From Stegostoma tigrinum (taxonomy: Eukaryota), in the NCBI RefSeq assembly GCF_030684315.1, contig NC_081367.1:25340792-25404791 (forward strand): DNA of 64,000 bases. Reading direction: 5' to 3'. Under the pieces are notes generated by a model. It searched no databases, was not told where the DNA came from, and saw only the letters and a list, made by a program, of their open reading frames with translations. The position numbers were made by a program, and so were the translations under genes. Positions 48,191 through 60,633 of the stretch are shown piece by piece. Each line of letters begins with the position of its first letter. Positions within the stretch are counted from its first letter, which is position 1.

Positions 48191-49490
48191 TCCCTCAACT
48201 ATACTGTTCGTAACTCACTCCTTGGTACCTGTCAAGGTACCAAATTCGGGTTGCTTAGTTCTGGCTGATGTTGAGCTTCTTGATTGTCAACAGAGTTGTA
48301 CTTATCCGACAGCTGCAGAGAATTCCATTACGTCCCTGACTCGTACCTTACAGATTCTGGATAGGAATGAGGAAATGAGTTTCTCCTCCCCAGCATCTAT
48401 TCTATTCTATTCTTGTCATAGAATTTATATGGCTGATCCAGTGAAGTTTTTGTTTGGTGCAAGCTTCTAGAATGTTGATAGGAGGCGAGGCAGCAATAGT
48501 AATGCAGTTCACTGTCAAGGAAGATGGTTAATTTCCCTCTGATAGAAGATCTGATTGCCTGGCATTTATTTGACAGAAATGATGCTTGCTTGTTAGCAAT
48601 CAAGCCTTTGTATCGTTTAGGTCTTGCTGTATGCTATGGAATTTGTCTGTCCATGTGTCTTAGGAGAGCCAGATGAAATTGTGTGTAGAATCTGCAGGAA
48701 GTTTCCAAAAGGAAATGCTTACAACCTGGCCAGTTGAGGAAATAATTTGAAAATGAAGATAGCAGTGACTTCACCAGGCTTTCGTGACTTAAAAGGATGC
48801 TGCTGGGAATCTATCTTTTTGCTGTTAATGATAAGACCAAAATTTTTTACCTGTGCTTTTCTTTCTTCTTTTATGTAATAAATCTATGAAAGCATTTTCA
48901 GCCTTGTGTGAATATGTGCAGGGACTGACCACCATGGGAGCAAAACTGCAAAAATAAAACTTTAATGTCTAAAAAGTCAGGTTTCATCAGTATTACCGTC
49001 ACATGGGATCATCATAATTCTTTGATGCCACAACTTGACAAAAACAGCCTTGATGTCATGGACCACTTGATTTCAGCTCTCTTGTCTTTGTATGGACAAA
49101 GGTTGTAATGAAGTATGGAACTGACTGGTCCTGGCAGAAGCCAAACTCAATATCAGTAGGCAGATGATTTCACTTGACCAATAGCATCTTCCATCAGTTT
49201 GCCTATGGTTGATTTGAGACTCATGGATCAACATTTGGCCTGATAGGTTCTGTCCACAAAAGTATGGACAAATCCAATGTGGACAATTTTCTGTATTGTT
49301 CATGGACCCTTTTCCTCCAGGTTATTGCTTGATTGACTATCACTACTGAAAACTGGATGTGGTAGCATTGCAGAACTTAGATCTAATCTATTGGAATTCA
49401 TGCATTAGAATTAACTCGAAAATTCAATGTGTTCTTTTTCATAGAATGATTATTTATCTTTATTTCTTAAGCTTTGAAAGACATTGAAAA

Positions 49491-49672
49491 ATGGGCCGCC
49501 GCTCCTCAGATAGTGAAGATGATACCAGAAGTCGTCGTAAAAAGAAACACCGGAGGAAATCAACTTCCAGCAGTTCTTCAGATAGCAGAACATTCACCCG
49601 GAAAAAATCTAGTAGAAGGACAAGATCACACTCTCGTGGTCATCGGTCCCATTCACGATCCAAGGACAGAAG
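49491..49672 (+). CDS. RSRC1: Arginine/serine-rich coiled-coil protein 1, first coding exon (acceptor probably at 49471/49472)
   Basis: [39 protein letters not shown]... matches the RSRC1 N-terminus (MGRRSSD.E...R..KKKHRR); donor AG|GTGGGT, phase 2; syntenic with SHOX2. Confidence 0.92.
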
Positions 49673-50869
49673 GTGGGTCTTATCAGTTGTATGCTATAAC
49701 GTTAAGAAAGAAGTGTCATGAAGTTTTGAAGAAGAGTCAAACTTGATTTGAAATGTTGACTTTGATTTTGTTTCCACAGATGTTGCCAGACCTGCTGAGT
49801 TTCTTTAGCATTTTGTGTTTGGACCTGTTGCAAGATGCTTTTTACAAAATCAGCCAATATACCAGGGAAACAGCCATATCAAAGATTAACAGATATGAAA
49901 TTAACGTGGTTGTGCTATAAGATCCTGTTTGAACAAGAAATTTTTCAAAAGCATTGTTTCTATCTTGTTTTCTTTATGTATTAGATTACAGTTTCGAGTG
50001 AAAGATTTTCTGTTGTCGTCCCAGTTTTTTCCAAGCAATTTTTGGTCCCCTCCCCCCTCCCATAACACATCTTGTTTTGACAAATTTCATTCTTTTCATA
50101 TGTCACCACCAAATATTGTTCTTATTTTTCTTGTTTTGTCTTTTAAGGCAAAAGACAGATCAAATATTTGGGACTGGTTGTTATTGTCAGATACAGAGCA
50201 AGCAGCCAGAATTCTTATGACCAGTTGGGCAGCTAGTTATTGTGAAGTTTCGATCTGAAGTGATTTTATTCCAATTTAGATAATGAATAGAAATCACTGT
50301 AGGATGAATCTAGTTTAATTCACATAGGAGCACTGAAAATTCCGGCAAGTTAGAAACTTTGGAAATTGTTTTGTTACTTTGCTTTCCTTAGGACACTGTT
50401 GTAAAAAAATTGAGAATGGTATAATTGCCGCACTGTTGAAAATTATTTTATATTTCCATCTCCCAGAGATAACTTTGTTTGTTTGGTTGACTTTGGAAAA
50501 CTCTAGGTAAAGGTGAATTCCAGTTTTAGGTGAGCATAAACTTGAGAAAGTCATGCAAATACAATAACTGAGAAGATGTTTTGTCAAGTGAGGTGAACAA
50601 AGTGGTGTTTCTATGTATTCATTTGTTTATCTACTGAAATTAGTGTTAGTTCACTCTAATCAATATATTTTAGTTCAAACAGTAAAAAAAAGTTAGAAAC
50701 CACAATTTCTGATGGAATTGAAAATGATAGTTGTGAGATCCCTAGTAGTTCAGCATGTTCAGAGTATCATTTTGTAATCAAATTTGTTAAGTGTGTATTC
50801 TTGGACAAAAGAATGTAACTGCTGATATGAGAAAGTTTATGAAGTCATTGACTGATTGTAATGTCAGAG

Positions 50870-51135
50870 AGTCATGGAGATGGAAACAGACCCTCGGCCC
50901 AACTCATTCAAACCAACCAGATATCCTACGTAAATCTAGTCCTATTTGGCCCATATCCTTCTAAACCCTTCCTACTCCTATACCCATTCAGATGTCTTTT
51001 AAATGTTGTAATCATACCAGCCTCCACTACTTCCTCTGGCAGCTTTTCCCATGCACGTGCCATCCTCTGTGTAAAAAGTTGCCCCTTAGGTACCTTTTAT
51101 ATCTTTGCCCTCTCACCTTAAACCTGTGCCCTCTT
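50870..51135 (-). mobile_element. CR1-type LINE 3' fragment
   Basis: Homologous to 46340-46620 (gaaacagaccctcggcccaactc..ccactacttcctctggcagc..). Confidence 0.75.
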
Positions 51136-52356
51136 TCTTATGCTTTTAAAGTTGCAGGGGATGAGTTGAACGGAAACATCTGGTATGTTTCAAGTTATTT
51201 ACTTCAAACTAATTCTGTAAATTGTTGATGTTGAAGTGGTAGTTAAGAATTACAGCATTGAAAACGTGCAATTGCACTCATGTTTTGCTTGTTGCCAAAG
51301 CTGCACTTATATTATCTTTTTTAATTCAAGAAAGGAGAATCTATGGGTAAGAGAAAGGATTTGGTTGAAGAGTAACATAGTAGATAACTCCTAGAGTCAC
51401 AATTTATCAAATACTTAAATGTTAGTGCCAATATCAGAGCGTTTGTCCATTATGGTAGTGTTTTCTTCAGAGAAACATTCATGAATTTGCAATAAAGCTA
51501 CAAAGTGAAGTCATTTTTTTTGGAGTGACTGCTATTATAATTTTGAGACTGTGATAATGTTGTTCATTGAATGGTAGCTATAAATGTGATTGAAATGAGA
51601 AGAAAATGATAAAATGTAGATGGACACGAACTCCTCATGTTCAAAAATGATAATAGCTGGAAATTGACAATAAAATGATATTATCCGATTAAAAATGTGA
51701 ATAGGGATCTGTTGGAAAGAATTGGGAACGCATAGAAAACGCAGATGGTGAGTAGGAAAACTGTAAAATAATATTGAGTATGTAGAATTTTTAGATTTGT
51801 AGTAGCACAGTTGAAAAGCACACCTTAAAATTTGGAAGCTCGTGATAAAAATATTACTGAGTCAAAGATTGTAAATCATTTAATGTACCCTTAAAAATAC
51901 TGAACATGGCTGGAAGAAAAATGGTGTCTTGAAAATATTATGCTGATTTGATATGCTAGGTACATGACTACAAATGATACTATATACACAACACTTGTAC
52001 CACCAGTGATTAATATTCAAATATATTTAATTTCTGACACTTTGAATTGTCAGTGCTTTGGTTGAAGTTGGACCTGGTGTTGATATATGTACCAAGAAAA
52101 GAACAAAGCTATTAATATTTTCCTTTGAACTATTGGCTAGTATCTGTAGTACTTTCTTCTTTGGAGTAGAATATTCTATTCATTTGCTCTTAACAGAATA
52201 GAATCCCTTCAGTTGTCACAGGCATGAGAAACTGTGAAACTGGTTCTTACAATGATTTCTAGCTGAAGTTCTTTTTAAAATCTAAATTTAGAAAAGCTTT
52301 TGAAGGACTACATCATTACAGATTGTAATATACATTAGTATATTCTATATCTTCAG

Positions 52357-52485
52357 ACGTAGACGTCGGTCTAGCAGCAGCTCATCATATGAGGTCCGAA
52401 AGAAGCGAAGCAGTCGTACCAGATCACGGGATCGAGGGAAATCCTACAGATCACGGCGGTCTAGATCAAGAAGCAAGAACAGAAG
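52357..52485 (+). CDS. RSRC1: RSRC1 second coding exon (129 nt, RS domain)
   Basis: cttcag|(R)RRRRSSSSSYEVRKKRSSRTRSRDRGKSYRSRRSRSRSKNR(R)|gtatgg; phase 2-2, in frame with the previous exon; absent from the ORF track. Confidence 0.9.
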
Positions 52486-53559
52486 GTATGGCCAAGTTAT
52501 AACTTCTATATTGCAGGGAACAACAATCTTTGTTTTGAAGACTCATGGTTGTGCGGCATCTAGAAAGCAAACTATGCAGTTCAAGTACAAGTCAACCTTT
52601 TCAAGTTATTGCAGGGTGCAGCTATAGTGCACTTCAGTAAATTGTTGGTTTATTGCAAAAAAAAGTCAAAGATCTTTTTACGAGGGGAGAAGGCTGAAAG
52701 TATGGTAATTTTTTTTAGAAGCACAAGCATGATAAACATAGGCAAAGGAACAGCTAAGCATGCCAATAAGGGCAGAACAGTCTTGATAGGTGGCTACTAG
52801 AAAGGTTAGAGAGAGAAATTTGAGAATAAATTTATGAAGGAATTAAGTGTGAGTTTTTTTCCATGTGAGCAAGTAATGATGGAAGTCTAAACATAGGACT
52901 TAGGAACAAGAGGCCACTTGGCCCCTCAAGCCTGTTTCATCATTCAAGAAGATTACAGCTGATCTGATCACTGGACATACCTGCTTACTGTTGATAACAT
53001 ATATGGTTGGCAGAAGGATGTGAGTTGTTAACAATGGAAAGATGTCAATAGAGATAGCACTGTTGATGACAAGCATCTTGAGGCACAGAAACTTTGAGAT
53101 GGTGTGGTCAGAGATTGGGGGAGAGATTTCCTTCGAAGGGTGCAAATGAATGAACACACAAATCCAGCAAAGTTGGAGGACATCGGACTAGGGAGCTTAG
53201 ATTAGGATGGAATCACAAACGTTGAAGGGCACATTGATAATTAAGTAACCATGCGAATGTGCCACATGATATGTTTAACCAAGAGACATGAAGAATGAAA
53301 GAGAATGAGCTGAGCAGAGGATGAAAAGATGCCAGACTGTGGAAGTCAGGGTTCAGCTTAGCAATTATACTTGTATTGGTGCTACAGCAGTTGTGTAGGA
53401 CAAACGTTGGATGACAATGAGTGATAGGGATGGTCGATGTGATCCTTAATGGTCAATTCAGGAATTGTTCGCTGGCGAGAAATGTTCAGGGAGATAATTG
53501 TGGAAGGCCAGTGACAGGGTCAGGAAGGATGATGAAAGAGATTTGAGAAAGTGTGTGAA

Positions 53560-54235
53560 CAAAGTTATTCACCGAAGAATGACCTGAGCAACCGTGAGTC
53601 CATGAAACATAGGAGCAGAAGTAGGCAATTCAACAAGATTGTGGCGGAACTGATAATCCCCATTTCCATTTTCTTCCTTTGTCTCAAAATTCCTTGACTG
53701 CATTTCTTGGTAAGAATCTGACTATCTTATGTTTGAATATACTTAAAAATCCAGTCTTGACATCTCTCTACAGTAAAGAACTCCACAGATTCACTACCCT
53801 ATGTGAGAAGAAGGTCCTCCTTATTTGTGTTAGAAATGGGTAACCCCTTACTCTGAGATTATGACTTTTAGGCTGAATGGCCAGCTTCTACACTGTAGGG
53901 ATTCTATGGTCCTGGGCTTTCCAAACTAGGGGAAACAATCAATCGCCACCTATCTTGTCAAGTCTTCTATGAATCTTGCATGTTTCAGCAAGGTTCCCCC
54001 TCATTCTTCTAAATTCCAATGAGTACGTGCCCAACCTTCTCAACCTCTCTTTGTAAGAAAATCCCTCCAAATCTGGGATCAAACTTTCTCTGGAATGCCT
54101 TCAATGTTATCGTTTGTTTTCTTCAATATAAGAGGCCAAAACTGTCCACAATATTCTCTGTGCGGTCTGATTCGTGCCTTGCTTAGTTTTCGTAAAATAT
54201 TCCTGTTTTTATATCCATTCCCTTTGAATGGACAC
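53560..54235 (-). mobile_element. CR1-type LINE 3' fragment
   Basis: YKNRNILRKLSKARIRPHREYCGQFWP and a reverse CR1 tail (aacataggagcagaagtaggc). Confidence 0.75.
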
Positions 54236-56289
54236 CATGTGAAGCACTGTGTGAATTGAGGATTAAACATTTGCATTGTTACTCTGTAACCCACTAGGAG
54301 ATGATGCCATTAGGTTGTAGCAAAAGGAAGAACGACCAAGGAAGGCATTTAACTGGACTCGAGTCCATGGCTGGTTAGTAGATAAGCAGTTATAAGTGAA
54401 GAAATGTCCATTGGGGCAGAGTACTGGAGCAGATGATTTTGGAAGGAATTCACAATTGGATTTGGTGAACAGAGGAAAACAAATGGAGCCTAAGGATATT
54501 AGTTCAGAAGAAGCTTTCAAGAAACATCCTGATCTTAAAGTAAAAGCCCTGTCTTTAACATTAAGAAAAATCTTAGTTCCTGATTGATGTGGTAGCACTG
54601 ATTCTACTCCTCAAATGAAATTGGAAATTCAAATCTGAAGAGCTAAGAAATAAACCACAAGCAGGATGCGTTTCCATATCTCTTCACCAAGGTATTTGAG
54701 CAATTGTTATTAAGGCTTAGTACTCTTTCCACCTTTAGTAATGGAGTCTGATTAACCAAATTTTAATTTTACAGGAGCTAGGTTATCCCCACATCCCCAC
54801 AGTCCTACTTCCAGCAGTAGTTCCTGTCAAAGATTTATTGTGGGAACGCTGTATTTTTTTAAAACCCATTTCCCTTTCTCAGAGAATAGTGAAATCAATC
54901 ACAGCTACACTAGTTGCTGTGCTGTTCTGTTCAGAATTGTCAATTTAGGCACCAACCAGCAATCAAACTGTAGACCTTACTGGTCTTTCTGGCTAATGTA
55001 AAGAAAGATGCATTCATATTTGCTTTCCTTGACTTGAAGAATAATTGATACTCTTTGAATCAGTGTTAACGTGATGAAAATTAATGAAGAACTGCTTTTT
55101 CCACTGAGTCTATACTCCTATGAAACTGAACTGAGATTGTCTAAATTTCTTTCATATAGGTTTACTAAAAAATCGTAAAACTTAATCGCTGGAAATCTGA
55201 AATAAAAACTCAAAAGTTGTGAAGAGTCTTAATCAAAACCAGAAATGTGGTGTAAGCAGCCCCCATTATGGGCCAGAACTAGGGGAAGGGAGCAACAGGT
55301 AACGGTTAGAATTTTTCAAAATTAATGACTAGGGGACAAGTTCATGAGAAAAGCTACAAACAGTTAAAAACTGGTGATTTAATAGATTGTCTGAAAGAGG
55401 CAGTGGAAACACCCTCAAAAACTGTAGAGTAAGAAAATTGTTAACTATGAAAAGCATGAGAAAAAGCATGAAGCTACGTCAAGTTGTAGTGAAAGGAGGT
55501 GGCAAGCATAAATAAGGAAATGTTGAAAAGTTTCTGATTATTATTGTTCAGAACAGAGTCCCCAGAAGATGCTATAATGATGTGTGCTTTTTTAGAGAGA
55601 TTTTTTTCCCTGACCTGCTTCCCTTGAAGAGGTTGTAGACTTGATGCAGAGATGTCTGCTCCGTGGAAAGCAGAGTAACTAGCTTTAGATTTTTTTTTAG
55701 AAATTATATAAAGGAAACATGAGTGGGTGGAGTCAGGCTCACACTGACCCGGGTTTTTGTTTTGCTTTCAGTTGTTGAAATTGGGTTTTTGGAGTTGAAG
55801 CTGCTTAATACTTCTGCAAAAGCTTGCGTTCTCTCTCTGCTGTGAGAGACATTCTTTCATTTTGCTGTTCTCCTGGACTAGATGAGGTAACACATGAGGG
55901 AAATCTGTTTTGCTGAATTTGCCTTTGCAAAAGGTGTGTTTAAGGGATGCTGCTATATTAGAACAGTTGATGAGTCGTAGTTAAATAATATACTATTTTG
56001 TTAAGCATTTCAATAGAGTTAAATTTATGTCAGTTCTTTATTTTTGCACCACAATTAGAATACAAACAAAAAGTGTGTTTTTCTTAAAGCCTAGTAGTTT
56101 GATCAATCAAAACACATCTGGGATGCAGTGCCTTACACTTGCCTCCAAGTAAGATAAAAGTTAGAGTGTAGGCGATCTCCTTGATACGTTTTGAAGGGCT
56201 TTGGTCATGTCCCTAACAAATTAGGGGGTTTGATCAGGATCAAAATCTCTAATTTCTGGTTGGGTTTGGGATAATTGGACTCCGACACA

Positions 56290-56420
56290 GACACTGACTT
56301 AGGAAGAGTCTGGACCCAAAACATGAAACTTTCCTGCTCCTCCAATGCTGTTTGGCCTGCTGTGTTCATCTAGCTTCACACCGTGTTATCTCAGGTTCTC
56401 CAGCAGTGGCAGTTCCTACA
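56290..56420 (+). mobile_element. Short Penelope-pLTR-derived element inserted in the LTR element leader
   Basis: ggacccaaaacatgaaactttcctgctcctcc..ggcctgctgtgttcatctagcttcacaccgtgttatctcag matches 2186-2250 and 44617-44692. Confidence 0.75.
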
Positions 56421-59400
56421 TATCACATTTCAGATGTTGCATTTGGTTGGTTTAAGTAGACTGTGCCTTGTATGATAATGGCTCTGTTGTGGCTAAGAGT
56501 TTCCTGGGTGTGGAAGAAATCACTTGGGATGGTTTACAGAGGTTTGAAATTGGCAGATGTGCTGGAGTTAAGATTGCCTATGCCCCTGAGGAAAAGGGAG
56601 ATGCTTGCAGCAATAGATCAGCATGTATAATCAACAGAAATGCAATCAGAATAATGGGAAATGGCTGAACTTCAATTACAAATAAAATAGCTTGAATATG
56701 AAAAGGAAATGAAACAGTGACAATTGAAAACAGAATAAAACGAACAAGAAAGAATAGCCCCAGCTAAAGAATGAGATAAAGAGTGAACTTTTGAACTTTG
56801 GAAGTTGGAACTGAAAGTAAAAGTCGTCATTTCATTTGAGAAAATAGCTAATCGAATAAAATAGCCAGGGGCCATGTGGATATTGCTGATTCAAGCAAAG
56901 TTGGTAAGTAGAGCTAGTGAGAGGCTTGTATTACTATCAGAGGAGATTTCTGGGGTATATGATGAGGTGAAAAAAGTCATCTTAAGTGCTTTTGAGCTCG
57001 TGTCAATAGCCGACAGACAGTGTTGTAGGAATCTAAGGAGGGAACTTGGTCAAATATGTATAAAGTTTGATAGGATCAAATCAAGTAATTTTAAGATGTG
57101 CATAAGGGCATTGAAAACAGGTCAAACATTTCATGCTGTTAGAGAGACTGTTACTTTGGAGGAGTTCTGAAATTCAGTTACTAAAGCAGGAGTTAAACTG
57201 CAAGATTAGCAGCAGAAATGGCAAATGATTATGAGTTAGTTCATAAATTAGTATTTGGTTTCTGACATCAACTTCAATCTGTAAGGGATAGAAATTGAGG
57301 AACAGAGAAATCCTCGGGTGGTAAGGGAAAAGGAGATCTCAGTGAAGATATTAAAGATGGTTTACTGCAGGTAAAGAAGGAAAACCATGGTGGGGAAAAA
57401 GAAGGAAAAAAATCTCAGTATATGAGTCTTAATAGAGTGCATAGGGCACCTCCTTAAAGCAAAAAGTTTGAATCAGTATTTGTGGACCATAATCAGTGTA
57501 ACTACTAGATTTCCAGAGATCATTCCATTATACAGTATCATGACTAAAAGGATTAAAAAGGATTACAGTAGAATCATGCAAATTTTTTGCTAGATACGGA
57601 TGACCCACAGAGATACAGTCAGATCAAGGATCCAATTTTACATCAATGTTATTTAGGGGAGCTATGGATAGTTTAGGAATAAAACCATTCAGATCCACTC
57701 TGTATCATCCAGAATTGCAGAGAACATTAGAACAATAGCATCAAACTTCAAAGACTGTGTTGAGGGCTTATAGTCAAGACTATCCACAGGATTGGGATAA
57801 AGGAATTCCATTTGTAATTTTTGCAATTAGGGATGCACCTAATGAATCAACTGAATTCATTCTATTCAAATTGGTTTTCGGATATGAAGTGAGAGGCCAC
57901 TTAAATTAGTTAAGGAGAAATTGGTGAGTCAGAGTTCAGAGACTACATATTTGGATGATGTGTCAAATTTTAGGAAGAGATTAAATAAAGCAGTGAGTTA
58001 GCTAGACAGCATTTAACAGGAAGCAGGTGAGATCAAAAATTCTGAATTCCACTCCTGGAGACAAAGTGCTTGTATTACTACCAGTGATAGGTGAACCTTT
58101 AAAGGCAAGGTTTAGTGTGCCTTATCAAATAGAAAGTAAGTTGAATGAAGTAAATTAATTGATAAGAACACCAAATTGAAGGAAAACTGTCATGTGAATG
58201 TTCTCAAATGGTATTTTGATAGGAAAGGGAAGCAAGAGTAGAATGTGCAACTGGTTACAACTCAGAATGAAGAACCAAATCCAGATGATTCTGAATTTGA
58301 CATTCCTCAAATTAAATTAGACAATGAAAAATTTCTCAGAAATTTGGATAAATTACTAAGTCATCTTCCAGAAGAAAATCAAATTGACCTGAAAAAGATT
58401 TATTACAATCACATGGAGAAATATGTAGAACAAGCTGGGAAGTACCAAATTGGTAAAGTGTATTGTAGATATAAAAAATGATGTTCCAGTTAAGCAACGT
58501 TCTGATAGGCTAACCCTCTAAAATTGGCGCAGGTTTAAAAGGAGATTGACAGGGTGTTCAGAGATGACGTAGTCGAAGTAAGTTGCACCAAGTGGAGCTC
58601 ACCCAAAGTGATGATGCCAAAATCAGATGGTACCCAACAATTATTTTTGAATGATTGCATTTCAATGCACTTCCGAAATCCGATTTGTACCCTATTTCAC
58701 ATTTGGAAGACTATGTTGAGAATGTCTGAGAAGGAACTTGTATTTCGAAGCTAGACTTACACAGAGGACACTGGAAGTGCTTTTAACCGAAAGAGCGAAA
58801 GAAAGATTGATCTTTGTGACATCAAATAGACTGTCCCAGTTTAATGTCATTCCATTTCACATGAAGGATGCACCAGCCACAGTTTAAAGACTAACCAACA
58901 AGGTAATTTCAGGATTACTCAAATGTGTGGTGTATGTGGACAATTTTTAGTCACACTTGGAAGAAACATTTGGAGCATCTATCAAAATTGTTCAGTCAAC
59001 TTAAGGAGGCAGGCTTGATAATAACTCTGGATAAGAGTCAATTATAAAAGCCCAAGTCACGTTCCTGGGCCATATCATTAGACATGGAGAGATGGCCCAA
59101 ATGGGATGTGAAAACAGTGGTTATTGGGGAATTTCCATACAGTCAACAAAAAAAGTACTATGATTCCTGGGACTGAGTGATTTTTATCAAAAATTCATAC
59201 TGATTGTCCTGTTGAAGAAGTGCAGAAAATTTCAGTGGAAGAGTTTCAGAAGGAATTTGAAAGCCTGAAAGCTGTGTTGTTCACTGTTCCAGTATTAGGG
59301 ACATCTACCATCACACAGCCATTCAAGGTGGCTATAGATGCATGTGATGTGAATGTCGATTTTGTACTTTTACAGGAAGATGACAAGAGGATAGAAAGAC

Positions 59401-59944
59401 CTATTGGGTATTTCTCCTGAAAGTTAAATATTCATCAAAAAAAAATCCACCATTGAGAAAGAGACCATAACTTTGGTGTTGGTGTACAATAATGGCAACA
59501 TAAATATTGAAATAATGTATCAGAAATGTACTGATCATAACCCCTTAATGTTCGTAGAGAAATTTAGGGCAAAAAATACCAGACAGTTTAGATGGAGTTT
59601 ATTGTCACAGCCATTCAATTAGATAATTATACATGAGACAGGATGACCGAACATAATTGACGATTCATTGTCGCGATTTTGATGACGGGAGATGTTCGGT
59701 GGTGGAAGAAACAGATTGATATGGACTGTAGTATTGATTGTTTGCATGGATAAAGTGGTGTACAAATAATGTGAGAGTAAAGTCTTTGAAAATGAAGCCA
59801 TCTTTATATATTGATGGTTAATTTCTTTTATGGGGGAAGGTGTGATGATATGTGCCTTTAAAAAGGAATTTACTCTGTCCCATTTCTTGGTAAACTTGGT
59901 GCAGAGGAACACGCTTCATGGAAAGCAGAGTTAATAACTTTGAG

Positions 59945-60094
59945 AGATAGTAGGAACTGCTGCTGCTGTAGAATCTGAGATAACACGGTGTGAAGCTGGA
60001 TGAACACAGCAGGCCAGGTAGCATTAGAGGAGCAGGAAAGCTTGGCGTTTCGGGTCGGGACCCTTCTTCAGAAGGGTCTTAATAACTTATTATC
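59945..60094 (-). mobile_element. Short Penelope-pLTR-derived element in the 3' LTR, with a 14-bp TSD
   Basis: Minus strand CTGAAGA-A-GGGTC-CC-GACCC-GAAACGCC at 60071-60044; TSD ttaataactttgag at 59931-59944 and 60095-60108. Confidence 0.82.
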
Positions 60095-60255
60095 TTAATA
60101 ACTTTGAGGCTTTGTTTTTAAATTAGACAAAAGAAACTTGAGTGGGTGGAGTCACACTCTCACAGACCCAGGGTTTTAGTTTTGCTTTCAGTTGGTGAAG
60201 TTGAGGTGTGGGAGCTGAAGCTGCTTGACACTGCTGTCTCTCTGCTACCGCAAAA

Positions 60256-60633
60256 GGGGCGACATGGTGGCTCATTGGTTAGCACTCATGTCTTTCACTG
60301 CCGTGCACCCAGGTTCAATTCTAGCCTCGGGTGACCACACTGTGTGGAGTTTGCACATTCTCCTTGCATCTGCATGGCTTTCCTCTGGGTACTCCAGTTT
60401 ACTTACTTAGTCCAAAGACATGTGAATTGGGTGGATTCGACATGCTAGATTGTGGTGTCCAGGGATATGTAGGTTAGATGGATTATAAATTGCCAGTGGT
60501 GTCCAGGGATATGTAGGTCAGATGGATTAGCTATGGGAAATGCAAGGTTACCGGGAGTGGGTTGAGTCTGGAGGGTCAGTGTGGACTTGTTAGGCCAAAT
60601 GGTCTGTTTCCACACTGAGGAGTTTCAATGATC
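60256..60633 (+). mobile_element. HE1/V-SINE-type SINE inserted in the 3' LTR
   Basis: ggggcgacatggtggctcattggttagcac..ggttcaattc..tgtgtggagtttgcacattctcc; internal ~44-nt tandem duplication; absent from the 5' LTR. Confidence 0.85.

Noticed and set aside
48300-49370. Possible coding remnant upstream of the first RSRC1 coding exon
   Set aside because: Looks like a heavily decayed minus-strand LINE RT; too degraded to assign, and no RSRC1-like exon is present.
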